Source: an uncultured delta proteobacterium (lineage in GTDB: Bacteria; Myxococcota_A; Polyangia; Polyangiales; JAFGIB01). From it: a DNA stretch of 64,000 nucleotides. Below the pieces are notes generated by a model. The model searched no databases and had not been told where the DNA came from. It saw only the letters and a program-made list of their open reading frames with translations. The position numbers and the translations under genes were made by a program. Below are positions 36,292 through 46,174 of this stretch, piece after piece (within the stretch, counting starts at the first letter, position 1; every line of letters begins with the position of its first letter). The stretch covers positions 224,001-288,000 of the forward strand of contig CAVZVA010000003.1 in NCBI GenBank assembly GCA_963778655.1, written 5' to 3'.

Positions 36292-36639
36292 GAGAGCCCG
36301 ATCTCGGTCGCAACGCTGCATCGGCCCGCGCGCGATAGCAAGCCCTCACCACTGCTGGTACGCCACGCGCTCGCCCTTGGGGTCCGGCTCGCGCTTGAGG
36401 TCGATCGCGTGGGTCGGGCAGAGCTTGGCCGACGACCGATCCGGGCCCGCAGGGCAGCACTGCGGCGCGCGCCGCAAGCGCAGGCGGAACCGTCGTGCAC
36501 CCGTGGTTTTGATGCGACGACTGCTCCGGTGACCGACGTGGTCTCCTTCCTGGTGGTGGTGTTGCGCACGCCGGACTGGGAGCGCATGGCGGCGGGCCTA
36601 GGCCCGCCGGGCTGAGCGGCGCAGCGGTCTCGCGCTGGC

Positions 36640-37926
36640 TCAGGGCAGCGCTTCGGGCATGGCGCGGCGGTTGTTGTCGCCCAGACCGAGCTGGCCGTGG
36701 TTGTTCTCGCCCCAGGCGTAGAGCGCGCCGCCCTCGTCGAGCGCGACGGTGAAGAAGCGCCCGAGCGCGAGGCGCTGCCAGCGCGCAGGGCTCGCCACCA
36801 GTGTTGGCGTGGACACCGGGTCGCCGCCGCCCTGTCCCAGCTGTCCCTCGATCGCGCGACCCCAACAGAACAAGCGCCCGTCGCGCTTGAGCGCGCAGGT
36901 GTGGAACCAGCCGGTGGCCACGCTCTGCCAGTCGTTGTCGCCGCCCACCTGCAGCGGCTGGGCCGAGTCCGTGGTCGCCGCGTCCGCGGCCAGCTCGAAG
37001 AACGCGTTGCTGCCCCAGCAATACAAGCTGCCGGCGCGCACCCCGCAGCTGGTGTGCTGGCTGCCGGCGACCATGTCCCAGTCGCTGCTCGTCCCCACCT
37101 GGGTGGGCACTCGCACCTGCTCGGGCTGCGGCCCGATGCCGAGCTCGTGATCGGTGTTGCGTCCCCAGCAGAACAACGCGCCGTCGTCGCGCACCGCGCA
37201 GGCGTGTCCCTGGCCCATGCCCACAGCGCGGTACAGCGCCTGGCCCACGCGCGTGGGCTGCGTCACGTCGGGCGCGCCCGCGCTATCGTCCAGCCCGACC
37301 TTGCCCTCGAGGTTGTCGCCCCAGCACCACAACGCGCCGCCCGCCTGCAGCGCACAGCAACTGCCGCCGCCGCACGCCAGCTGCTCGAAGCGCGACCCCG
37401 CGTCGAGCGCGCTGGGCGTGCTGCGCGCGTCGAAGTCGCCGAGCCCGAGCTGGCCGGTATCGTTGCCGCCCCAGCAGTACAGCTCGCCGGGCGCGCGCAG
37501 GGCGCAGCTGTGTTGCTCGCCCACGGCGACCGAAAGCCAGTCGTCGAGCGCGCCCACGCGGGCCGGACGCGTGCGATCGGCGAGATCGCCGAGCCCGAGC
37601 TGCCCGCTGTCGTTGAGGCCCCAGCAGAACAAGCGACCGTCCCTGACCTCGCAGCTGTGATCGAGCGAGGCAGCGAGCGAGGTCACGCCGGCCGTGGCCA
37701 CGCAGCGATCGACCGCGCACAGCTGGCCGGCGGCGCACTCGCTGCACGTCGGCGCCGGCTCGCCGGCGTCGGGGAGCGGGCCGGCGTCGGCGCGCCCCGA
37801 GTCGGCGGCCGCATCGCGCGCGGCGGCGGCCGGACGCACGCTCAGCACGTCGATGGTCTGCGCGCAGCCCGCACACAGCGCCGCCAGCAACGCGCAGCCG
37901 AGCGCGCAGCGCAGGTGCCGGCTCAA
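36640..37926 (-). CDS. RCC1-repeat beta-propeller lipoprotein
   Basis: Lipobox LCAGC; about 7 H(S/T/A)C...G.L.CWG.N..G(Q/E)LG repeats; TTG start overlaps the upstream TGA. Confidence 0.88.
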   Translation of the reverse strand: MSRHLRCALGCALLAALCAGCAQTIDVLSVRPAAAARDAAADSGRADAGPLPDAGEPAPTCSECAAGQLCAVDRCVATAGVTSLAASLDHSCEVRDGRLFCWGLNDSGQLGLGDLADRTRPARVGALDDWLSVAVGEQHSCALRAPGELYCWGGNDTGQLGLGDFDARSTPSALDAGSRFEQLACGGGSCCALQAGGALWCWGDNLEGKVGLDDSAGAPDVTQPTRVGQALYRAVGMGQGHACAVRDDGALFCWGRNTDHELGIGPQPEQVRVPTQVGTSSDWDMVAGSQHTSCGVRAGSLYCWGSNAFFELAADAATTDSAQPLQVGGDNDWQSVATGWFHTCALKRDGRLFCWGRAIEGQLGQGGGDPVSTPTLVASPARWQRLALGRFFTVALDEGGALYAWGENNHGQLGLGDNNRRAMPEALP

Positions 37927-39038
37927 AACCGCACCTCCGCGCCCAAGCCGGCGTGGCCTTGCACGCCCGTGGTCGCCGTGACTGCGCGGCCCGCGTCGGC
38001 GGCGCGCACCGCGCGCAGCGGCAGCCCCAGCTCGAGCGTGAGGCGCAGCGCGACGCGTGCGCCGAGCGCAAGCAGCCCGCTCAGGCCGGCGCGCGCGTGC
38101 AGGTCGAGGCCCGCGCCCGAGCCGCCCGTCGCCGCGCCCTGGCGCGCGCGGCCCTGCACGCGCACGCTGGAGAGCGCGAGCCCGAGCCGCCCCCACAACC
38201 CCAGCGCCTGCTCGCGCGGCAGCAGCGCGAATAGCAGGGCCAACGCGCCGCCCAGTGCGCGCGTGTCGACCGTGCCGTGCGGCGCGTCGCGACGCAGCCC
38301 TTCGCGCAGGCCGAGCCCCAGCTCGAGCCCCAGCCGCTCGCCCAGCCACTGCTCCAGATACAAATCGCCGCCGAGCAAGCTCGCGCCGCCGCCGTGCTGC
38401 TCGAACGCCGCGCCCACGCCGAGCGCCCGCTCGAGTGAGCCGACGCGCGCGGGCGACAGAGAGCTGCGCACCGCGCGCGTGACCACCTCGGGCGCGGGCC
38501 GGGCGGGCCGCGGCGCGTCTTGCAGCGCGAGCTCGGTCCAGCTCGCGCGCAGCAGCTCGTCGCTGGCCGCGGCGATCGCGAGCGCGCGCGCATCGGGGGC
38601 GAGCGCGCGCAGGTCGAGCTCGCGCGAGAGGCGTTTTTCGGTGAGCGCGTCGTGCACCTCGATCGCGACCGAGATGCGATCGCGCTCGGCCGCGCGCAAG
38701 GTGAGCTGTGCCAGCGCGCTCTTTGCGCCGCTTGCGTCCTGCTCGCAGGCGTCGATGCCCTTGAGGCGGAGGCCGGCGCGCAGATCGGCGAGCACGGCCT
38801 GCCGCAACGCCGCATCCCAGGCTTCGCCGGCGAAGGCTACCGCGACCCACGCCTGCTCCGAGCCGGTGCAGGGCGCCTGCGCGCGCGCGCCCGAGCCGGC
38901 CGCGAGCACGAGCCCGCACGCAAGCGCCGCGGGGCCGCGCCATCTGCGGCGAGCACGCGCGCCCGAGCCGGCGCGTGCGGCCCCCCACCCCGGCCGCCGC
39001 GCGCGCTCATCGGCAGCGCGCGGCGAGTGCCTTGGCAT
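37923..39038 (-). CDS. Hypothetical secreted protein with probable C-terminal beta-barrel
   Basis: Signal-like ..LVLAAGSGARA-Q; alternating strands; terminal EVRF; start uncertain (out-of-frame ATGA overlap at 39010). Confidence 0.65.
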   Translation of the reverse strand: MPRHSPRAADERARRPGWGAARAGSGARARRRWRGPAALACGLVLAAGSGARAQAPCTGSEQAWVAVAFAGEAWDAALRQAVLADLRAGLRLKGIDACEQDASGAKSALAQLTLRAAERDRISVAIEVHDALTEKRLSRELDLRALAPDARALAIAAASDELLRASWTELALQDAPRPARPAPEVVTRAVRSSLSPARVGSLERALGVGAAFEQHGGGASLLGGDLYLEQWLGERLGLELGLGLREGLRRDAPHGTVDTRALGGALALLFALLPREQALGLWGRLGLALSSVRVQGRARQGAATGGSGAGLDLHARAGLSGLLALGARVALRLTLELGLPLRAVRAADAGRAVTATTGVQGHAGLGAEVRF

Positions 39039-40137
39039 GCACTCCCCGCGGATAGCGCTCGAGGTAGCGGTCGCGCGCGCTGCGACAGGCCTCTTGGCGA
39101 CCAAGCGCATCGTCGGCGACCACGATACGCGCCAGCGCGTCCTCGTGGAAGCTCGACTCGGCGCCGATCGCGACCGCCCGCTGCAGCGCTTCGATTGCGC
39201 CCGCGGGGTCGCCGAGCGCGTCCATGCGGATGCGTCCGAGCTCGAACGCGCACAGCCCCGCGCGCGGGTCACGCGGATAGCGCGCCAGCAGCTCGGCGTA
39301 GCCGTCGGCGGCCTCCTGCATGCGGCCGGCCCGCCGCGCCAGGCTCGCACGCCTAAACAGCCCGGCCGCGCCGTGCCCTGGGCTCGCCGGCGCCTGCGCG
39401 CCGTGGGCCGGAGCCAATGGCTGCGGCGCGCCCTCGGGCTCGGGACGCTCGGCTGGCTCGTCCTCGTCGTCGGGCTGCTCGGCGAGCGCCGGCTGCGGCG
39501 CGTGCGCGGGCGCGCGCGGGGGCAGGGTGACGCTCCAGCTTTCGCCCGCGTGCAGCGAACGCACCTGACCGGCCGCCTGCGGCTGATCGCGGCGCCGCAC
39601 CTCGACCACGCCTTCGCTCACCGCCACGCGCACCTGCTCGCCCTCGGAGCCCTGGCTGCGCTGCAACGAGAAGCGCGTGCCGACCACGCGCACCTGCACC
39701 GGCCCCGCTTCGACCTCGAAGGGCCGCGTGCGATCGTGGGTGACGTGGAAGCGCGCCACGCCCTGGCGCAGGTCGAGCTGGACCCGGCGCGCGTCGTTGT
39801 GCAGCAGGAGCACGCGGGTGTGGGGCTGCAGCTCCACGCGCGAGCCGTCGCCGAGCTGCATCGCGATCGGCTGCTGCGCGCTACCCAGCAGCGCGCCGGC
39901 CGGAAGCACCGCGGGCGCAGGCGCCGGCCCGGGCCAGAGCCGCGAGATCCCCAGCCACAACAACGCTGCAGCGAGCGCGCCGCCCGCGAGCAGCGCCGGC
40001 ACGCGCAGCCGCACGCCGCGGCGCGCGGAGAGCTGCGGCAGACCCGCCTGCTCGATCGCCGCCCACTGGCGCTCGATGCGCGCATCGCTGGTATCGATCA
40101 GCACGTGATCGGCGGGGCGGCGCAGCCGCGTCGTCAT
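39007..40137 (-). CDS. FecR-domain anti-sigma factor with C-terminal TPR
   Basis: TM helix; LGDGSRVEL, L.QG.ARF.V, PFEVEAG..VRVVGTRF; TPR-like YLERYPRG; ATGA overlap with the sigma gene. Confidence 0.9.
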   Translation of the reverse strand: MTTRLRRPADHVLIDTSDARIERQWAAIEQAGLPQLSARRGVRLRVPALLAGGALAAALLWLGISRLWPGPAPAPAVLPAGALLGSAQQPIAMQLGDGSRVELQPHTRVLLLHNDARRVQLDLRQGVARFHVTHDRTRPFEVEAGPVQVRVVGTRFSLQRSQGSEGEQVRVAVSEGVVEVRRRDQPQAAGQVRSLHAGESWSVTLPPRAPAHAPQPALAEQPDDEDEPAERPEPEGAPQPLAPAHGAQAPASPGHGAAGLFRRASLARRAGRMQEAADGYAELLARYPRDPRAGLCAFELGRIRMDALGDPAGAIEALQRAVAIGAESSFHEDALARIVVADDALGRQEACRSARDRYLERYPRGVHAKALAARCR

Positions 40138-40718
40138 GGCCCCCCCTCGCGCTCGCCGAACGCGGACAGCACGCGCTCGGCGGCCGACAGCCGGCGCTTG
40201 ACGGTGGAGACCGAGATACCCATGTGCGAGGCAACCTGGGGCAGCGACAAGCCGTCGACGCGGTGCAACACCAGCGCGATCTGGGCCTGCGGCTCGAGCT
40301 GCTGCAGGTGGCGATAGACGCGGGTGAGCTCGGCCGCGAGCGCGGGCGGCGCCGAGGGTGAGAGCACCTGGTCGAGGTCGACCGGCGCGTTGCGACGCAG
40401 GCCCACGCGCACCATCAAGCGCCGGCGGCGCAGCAGCTTGTGCGCAGTGCGCACCACGATCGAGCACAGCCACGAGGCGAAGGCCTGCGGATTGTCGAGC
40501 CGGTCCAGCGCGCGCAGCGCCGACACAAAGCTGTCCTGGACCAGGTCGTCCACGTCCTCGTCGCTGCCCATCAGGCGAAACGCCAGGCCGTTGACCAGCC
40601 GAGCGTGGCGGCGAAACAGCGCCTCCTGCGCCCACTTCTCGCCGGCCCGCGCCGCGACCACCAGCGCCGCATCGGAGGGTCCGGCTTCGGACTGGGTCGG
40701 ATTGGGCGAGCGCTGCAC
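40134..40718 (-). CDS. ECF RNA polymerase sigma factor
   Basis: DVDDLVQDSF, FASWL..I, GLSLPQVA..MGISVSTVKRRL; start may extend to 40766. Confidence 0.93.
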   Translation of the reverse strand: MQRSPNPTQSEAGPSDAALVVAARAGEKWAQEALFRRHARLVNGLAFRLMGSDEDVDDLVQDSFVSALRALDRLDNPQAFASWLCSIVVRTAHKLLRRRRLMVRVGLRRNAPVDLDQVLSPSAPPALAAELTRVYRHLQQLEPQAQIALVLHRVDGLSLPQVASHMGISVSTVKRRLSAAERVLSAFGEREGGP

Positions 40719-40833
40719 CGCGGAATACGTACCACGGGCCCGATCGCCCGGCTCAGACGCGCGCAAAATTGCGGCTTTCTCGGCCGCACCGGCCGCGTCG
40801 GCCCGGCGTCCTGGAGCGGGGACAAGCGCGCGG

Positions 40834-42495
40834 TCAGGGGACGATCGCGTTGCCGCTGACGTCGATGTGGGTGCCGTTGACCACCAGCTGGGGTGCGGCG
40901 TTGCCGCTCAGGCGGTTGTCCTTGACCTCACCGCCATCAACGCTCGACCGGAGCTCGATGCCGAAACCGTTGCCCATGCCCGAGGCGGTGTCGCTGAACC
41001 TGTTGTCGTCGATCTGCAGCCGCTGGACCTGACTGCTCACCAGCCCGAAGCTGCGCGAGTCGTGGCTACCGCCCGGGTTGTCGCTGTAGGCCAGTAGCCC
41101 GTCGTGGCTGCCGCCCATGTTGGCGTGGGCGATGCTGTTGCCGATCACGCGGATGTCGAAGCTGCCGTAGGTGTCGTACGAGCTTTCCTGCGCCAGGTAG
41201 ACGCCGGCCCACTGGGTGCGATCGATGTCGTTGTGCTCGAACGCGATGAAGCCGGCACCGACCGCGGCGAGCCCGCGCGCGTGGCCGTCACGACCCCAGT
41301 TCGCGATGCAGCTGCAATGGTGCACGGGGTCTCCGTCGCCTTGGTAGCCGACGAAGGCGTAGAAGTCGTCGCCGCGGCCGGCGGAGGTCTGCGCGCGGTT
41401 GGCCACCACCTGGCAGAAGCGCGAGCCCGCGGTGTGATGGAAGGCGTCGGCGAAACCATCGTGGGCGTAGTCGAAGGCCCACAGCCCGCCTTCCTCGGCG
41501 ATTGCGAAGAAGTGCGCGCTCGCGCTCTGCGCGACCTCGGTGCCGATCACCAGCGTGTCGTGGACGAAGCTGCCGCTCGCGGAGTCGGGGCCGACCCAGA
41601 TCCCGGATGCGCCAGGGGTGGTGTCGCGCGCGCTCGCATCGATGGTGAGCAAGAGGAACAGCGCCCCGCTGCGGTCGCCGGCCAGGTGAACCGCGGCGTG
41701 CGCCGGGTCGGTGCCGTGCAGGATGCCGCCGCTGTCCTCGGGCCAGCGCCGCAGCCGCACATCGGCCCCGACGCTCAAGACCTTGGAATGATCGAAGGTC
41801 CCCGCCGGCACCAGCACGTCCACCGGCGCGCCCGGCGAGGCCATGGCCGCGGCCGCGTCGAGCGCAGCCTGGATCGCATCGGAGGCATCGGCGGGCGCGG
41901 GCGCCGCATGGTAGGGCGCATCGGTGATCGAAATCGCGCGCGCCGCGGGCGCAGCCGCGGGCAGCAGGCGCATGATCTGCTCGGCGCTGAGCGGATGGCC
42001 CGGGCTGAACGGCACGAAGCGCAGCGCCGAATACGCGTCCTGGCCTTCCCACTGCGCGAGCGCCGGAAAGCCATCGGCGTCCGGCGTCCAGATGCCCGAC
42101 GCGGGCACCTCCACGTAGTCAAGGTAGGTGCGGCGGGCGGTGTCGATGGCGACCAGGTTCCAGCCCGGCGTCGCGGCGAGCGCGCCGCCGTCGCTCGGGG
42201 CGCCCGCGTCGCTGGGGGCACCGGCGTCCCGACCGGCGTCGGCAGCGCCGGACCCGCCGTCGACCTGGAGGCGACCCGCGTCGCGGCCGCTGACACCGGC
42301 GTCGATCCGCGTGCTCGCCGCTGCGTCCGCATCACCCCCCGAGGGTTGCCCCGCAGCAGCCGCGCCGGAGTCGCCACCGTCGCCGGGCCGCGTGCCGGCG
42401 TCCTTTAGTGGCGCGGGCCGGGCGTGCGAGCACCCCAGCAGCAAGACCGCCGCAGCGACGCTCGAGCACAGGCCAGGCAAGAAGATCCTCGGCAT
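40834..42495 (-). CDS. Lipoprotein with right-handed beta-helix (pectin lyase-like) domain
   Basis: Lipobox LLGC; DAG-rich tether; DASDAIQAALD..VLVPAGTF; ADAFH, GDD, repeated I..N.I turns. Confidence 0.75.
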   Translation of the reverse strand: MPRIFLPGLCSSVAAAVLLLGCSHARPAPLKDAGTRPGDGGDSGAAAAGQPSGGDADAAASTRIDAGVSGRDAGRLQVDGGSGAADAGRDAGAPSDAGAPSDGGALAATPGWNLVAIDTARRTYLDYVEVPASGIWTPDADGFPALAQWEGQDAYSALRFVPFSPGHPLSAEQIMRLLPAAAPAARAISITDAPYHAAPAPADASDAIQAALDAAAAMASPGAPVDVLVPAGTFDHSKVLSVGADVRLRRWPEDSGGILHGTDPAHAAVHLAGDRSGALFLLLTIDASARDTTPGASGIWVGPDSASGSFVHDTLVIGTEVAQSASAHFFAIAEEGGLWAFDYAHDGFADAFHHTAGSRFCQVVANRAQTSAGRGDDFYAFVGYQGDGDPVHHCSCIANWGRDGHARGLAAVGAGFIAFEHNDIDRTQWAGVYLAQESSYDTYGSFDIRVIGNSIAHANMGGSHDGLLAYSDNPGGSHDSRSFGLVSSQVQRLQIDDNRFSDTASGMGNGFGIELRSSVDGGEVKDNRLSGNAAPQLVVNGTHIDVSGNAIVP

Positions 42496-42793
42496 GAGGC
42501 CCCGCAACTACGTACCATCCGCACCGCGAGCAGGCTCACTAAACCGCGGCCGAAACGCGGGCACGGCCTCGGCGCAGTGCGGATGCCGGCTCGAGCGCCC
42601 CGGGCCGCCAACGCGGCGTTGGGGATTCGGCAATCGCCAAGCTCGCTGCGCTGCTGGGCTCCGTAGTCGCCGCCGTGCACCGGCACCCTCGTGCTGGTGC
42701 TCGGTGCCCGAGCCGCTGCCGGCGCCGCTGCGAGCGAAGCCTAGCCCGCACGCCGTGAAACAGCCCGCCGTGGCGAAGCCAGCAGCGCCGCGT

Positions 42794-44725
42794 CTATTCG
42801 CGGCGCGGCGGCGCGGGGCGAGAGCTGCGGGTGCGGGCTTGCAGGTCGATGCCGCGCTGGCCGAGCTTGCTCGGGTCGAACAGCAGCTCGAGGTGGTAGG
42901 TGCCGTAGTCGAGATCGGCGGTCACCTTGTGGCCGCTGCGGTGAAACACGCGCAGCATCGGCGTGTTGGACGCGAGCACCTCGGCGTAGAAGCCGGCGAT
43001 GCCCTTGGCGTAGGCGATCTGCGCGATGCGGCGCAGCAGCGCGGTGCCGATTCCGCGGCCCTGCTGGTCGTCGAGCACGGTGAACGCGACCTCGGCCAGG
43101 CCGTTGCGCAAATCGACGTCGTAGCGCGCGACCCCGAGGATGCGCTCCTGCTCGGCGTCGAAGGCGATCAGCGTCATGCTGTTCTGGTAGTCCAGATCGA
43201 CCAGCGCTTGCGTTTCCGCGTGTGGATGCGCCTTCTTGTGCATCATGTAGCGGCGGTAGATGCTCTCCTCACTCAGTGAGTACAGGAAGGCTTGCAGCGC
43301 CATCTCGTCGGTGACGCGCGCCGGACGCAACGTGATCAGCGAGCCGTCGCGCAACCGCGCCTGGTGCTCCTCGCGCCACGGATACTGGGCCCTGGGCACG
43401 ACCTGGTCGGGGAAGATGTAGCGGCGCTGCTTGGCCTCGGCCGTGAGCTCGGCGCGGAAGTCGGGGTGCGCGATCGCGATCAGCGCGACCGCGCGCTCGC
43501 GGATGCTCTTGCCCCACAGATCGGCGACACCGTGCTCGGTCACCACGTAGCGCACGTCGCCACGGCTGGTGACCACGCCGGCGCCCTGGTCGAACGCCGC
43601 CTGAAGCCGGCTGATCGAGCCCGCCTTGGCGGTCGAGGGCAGCGCGATGATCGACTTGCCGCCGCGGCTGCGCGCGGCGCCGCGCACGAAGTCCACCTGG
43701 CCGCCGATCCCGGAGAAGAACTTGCCCGACAGCGTGTCGGATGCGACCTGCCCGGTCAGGTCGACCGCGAGCGCCGAGTTGATCGACACCATGCGCTCGT
43801 TGCGCGCGATCGCGAGCGGGTCGTTGGTGAAGTCGGAGCCGCGCATCTCGACCGCCGGATTGTCGTGCACCCAGCGGTACAGCCGCTCGCTGCCCATCAC
43901 GAACGAGGTCACCATCTTTCCGGGCAGCAAGGTCTTCTGGCTGCCGGTGATCACGCCCGAAAGCGCCAGCTCCATCACGCCGTCCGACAGTAGCTCGGTG
44001 TGCACGCCGAGATCCCGGTGCTCCGAGAGCGCGGTCAGCACGGCGTTGGGGATGCCCCCGATGCCGGTCTGGATGGTGGCCCCGTCGGGCACCAGGCCGG
44101 CGACGTGACGGCCGATCTCGCGCTCGATCTCGCCGGGCGCCTCGATCGCGAGCTCGGGCAGCGGGGCGTCGCACGGCACCAGGTAGTCGATGCGCGAGAC
44201 GGGCACGAAGGAATCGCCGTGCGTGCGCGGCATGCGCTCGTTGACCTGAGCGATCACCAGCTCGGCGGCGTTGACCGCAGCGCGCACGATGTCCACAGAC
44301 ACCCCGAGGCTGACGTAGCCGTGGACATCGGGTGGGCTGACCTGCACCAGCGCCACGTCCACGCGCACGCGCCGCATACGGATCAGCTCCGGGATCTCGG
44401 ATAGAAAGACCGGAATGAAATCGGCGCGCCCGTCCTGAACCGCCTCGCGCACGTTGGGACCGATGAAGAAGGCAGTGTGGCGAAACTGGTGCTGGAACTC
44501 CGGCCTGACGTAAGGCGCTGGGCCGAGCGTCAACAGGTGCACGATCTCGTTGTCGGAAAGGTGCGCGCCGTGCGCGACCAGGGCCTCGACCAGCGCCGCG
44601 GGCTCGGCCGCGCCCGAGCCGATCAGGATGCGGCGCCCGGGCCGGATCGCCTGGATCGCGCGCCGGGGGTCCGCGATCTTGTCCGCATACGCCTGACGCC
44701 AGTCACTCTTGGTTGGCTCGCTCAT
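42794..44725 (-). CDS. Acetyl-CoA hydrolase/transferase family protein fused to a C-terminal GNAT domain
   Basis: QTGIGGIPNAV, HTE, GIGGQVDF, VVTEHGVA; GNAT AEVAFTV.D.QQGRGIGT. Confidence 0.93.
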   Translation of the reverse strand: MSEPTKSDWRQAYADKIADPRRAIQAIRPGRRILIGSGAAEPAALVEALVAHGAHLSDNEIVHLLTLGPAPYVRPEFQHQFRHTAFFIGPNVREAVQDGRADFIPVFLSEIPELIRMRRVRVDVALVQVSPPDVHGYVSLGVSVDIVRAAVNAAELVIAQVNERMPRTHGDSFVPVSRIDYLVPCDAPLPELAIEAPGEIEREIGRHVAGLVPDGATIQTGIGGIPNAVLTALSEHRDLGVHTELLSDGVMELALSGVITGSQKTLLPGKMVTSFVMGSERLYRWVHDNPAVEMRGSDFTNDPLAIARNERMVSINSALAVDLTGQVASDTLSGKFFSGIGGQVDFVRGAARSRGGKSIIALPSTAKAGSISRLQAAFDQGAGVVTSRGDVRYVVTEHGVADLWGKSIRERAVALIAIAHPDFRAELTAEAKQRRYIFPDQVVPRAQYPWREEHQARLRDGSLITLRPARVTDEMALQAFLYSLSEESIYRRYMMHKKAHPHAETQALVDLDYQNSMTLIAFDAEQERILGVARYDVDLRNGLAEVAFTVLDDQQGRGIGTALLRRIAQIAYAKGIAGFYAEVLASNTPMLRVFHRSGHKVTADLDYGTYHLELLFDPSKLGQRGIDLQARTRSSRPAPPRRE

Positions 44726-44827
44726 GACAGCGGTGATCTTACTCCAACGACCGAGCGGCACAGGCGCTTTCTAGGTTACCTCTTCGTTTTGTGTGGCGCC
44801 GCACGGCCCGATTGGGCTACTGCAGCT

Positions 44828-45872
44828 CTACTGCCCCTGCTCCACGGCGTGCGGATGCGCCATCGACTGGCGCAGCTCGGCGCAGTGGTCCACGTCGCTG
44901 ATGCGCGGGGTGAACCAGACGTACGCGAACGGCAGGCTCTGGGTATCGAAAACCTCCGCATAGCGCTCGGGTTGGATCAGGCCGTGCTGGACCTCGACCA
45001 ACCCGAGCGCCAGCGAGGGCGTGCCGTAAGCGCGCGCCAGCGCGGAGGGCACGCCCTGGTCGTCGCGCACGTGCCCCGCGCCCGCAATCAGCACTGCGCC
45101 GCCCGCGCGCTCGGCGCCTTCGTGCAGGCGCTCGGCCAGCTGCGCGTCGCGCGCGCGCTGCACCAGCACCATCGCATCGAGCATCGACTCGGGCAGCAGC
45201 CCGCAGTGCGCGTCGGCCATCTCACGGCGCAGGCGCGCCTGCGCATCGGATGGCAGCGGCTGGTCGAGCCCGAAGCGCCGCACCAGCTCTGGCGGCAGCG
45301 CGCCGCTGCCCTCGCGGGCGATGCGCATCGCGGCGTCGCGATCGAGGCCGGCACCCAGAGATCGGCAGCCCCGCCTGCAGCGCACGCGCGAACAGCGGCC
45401 GGTAGATCGCGAAGGCTGGCCAACCCGAATGCTCCCAATCGAGCGCGCGCGCCAGCGCGTCGGGATCCGCGGGGCGCTGCGCGCGCGTGCGACCGACCAG
45501 CGCCTGCTGCCCCACGTCGATCATCTCGAACACGACCGCCGGCCGGCGTCCGGCCGCGATCACCTGCTCGAGCAGCCGCGCCTGCAGGGCGTGATGGTCC
45601 GGGTTGTCGTGCTGCTCGCCGATCAGCAGCAGCTTCGCGGCCACGGCCTGCTCGCGCAGCTCGGCCTCCTGCACGAAGCGCCGCTGCCCCACGCTGAAGA
45701 TGCGCCCGACCAGCGGGTTGTCGCGATCGAGCGTGCTCTGCCACGCCGGCTGCGGTTGCACCTGGGCCTGCGCCCTGGCGTGCGCGGGCGCGCGAGGGGC
45801 CTGCGGCCCGCGCGCGCACGCGACCAGGGACGCGGCCGCCAGCGAGGCGAGCAGGAGAGGGAGGCGCAGCAC
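44828..45872 (-). pseudogene. ChaN-family (heme-uptake/Tiki-like) lipoprotein, frameshifted near 45358
   Basis: Lipobox LVAC; LLIGEQHDNPDHH, W..SGWP.F..YRP in one frame; AHCGLLP, QRARD, LIAGAGHVR in the next frame. Confidence 0.8.
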
Positions 45873-45881
45873 GTGCGGCAG

Positions 45882-45972
45882 CCTAAATCAAAGTTCGCGA
45901 TTCGGGATCGAATCACAGACTCTGATTTCTCCTTTGATTGTTAGGGAGTCGCGCCGACTCCCTGTGCGCGAG
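45882..45972. repeat. Second, truncated copy of element A
   Basis: 84/91 identical to 13355-13445, same orientation. Confidence 0.9.
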
Positions 45973-46146
45973 CACCGAACAGGCTGAAGCCGTATGAATT
46001 CGGAGCATTTCGCCGCAGGCGCGAGCGCGCCCGGAGGACCGACCCGAGCCATGCTCGCTGCCTTTCGCAAGGTCGGGCCGAGGTCGAAAGCCGCGCATGT
46101 GGGCAAAGACGGAGGACTTCATAGGCGCTCAACCTGTTCGGTGCTC
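45970..46146. mobile_element. MITE-like palindromic element B (GAGCACCGAACA ends)
   Basis: Perfect 14-bp inverted repeat GAGCACCGAACAGG (45970-45983) / CCTGTTCGGTGCTC (46133-46146), extending imperfectly to about 30 bp. Confidence 0.7.
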
Positions 46147-46174
46147 TCGCCCAATCCGCCGCGCGCGCCCCGGC

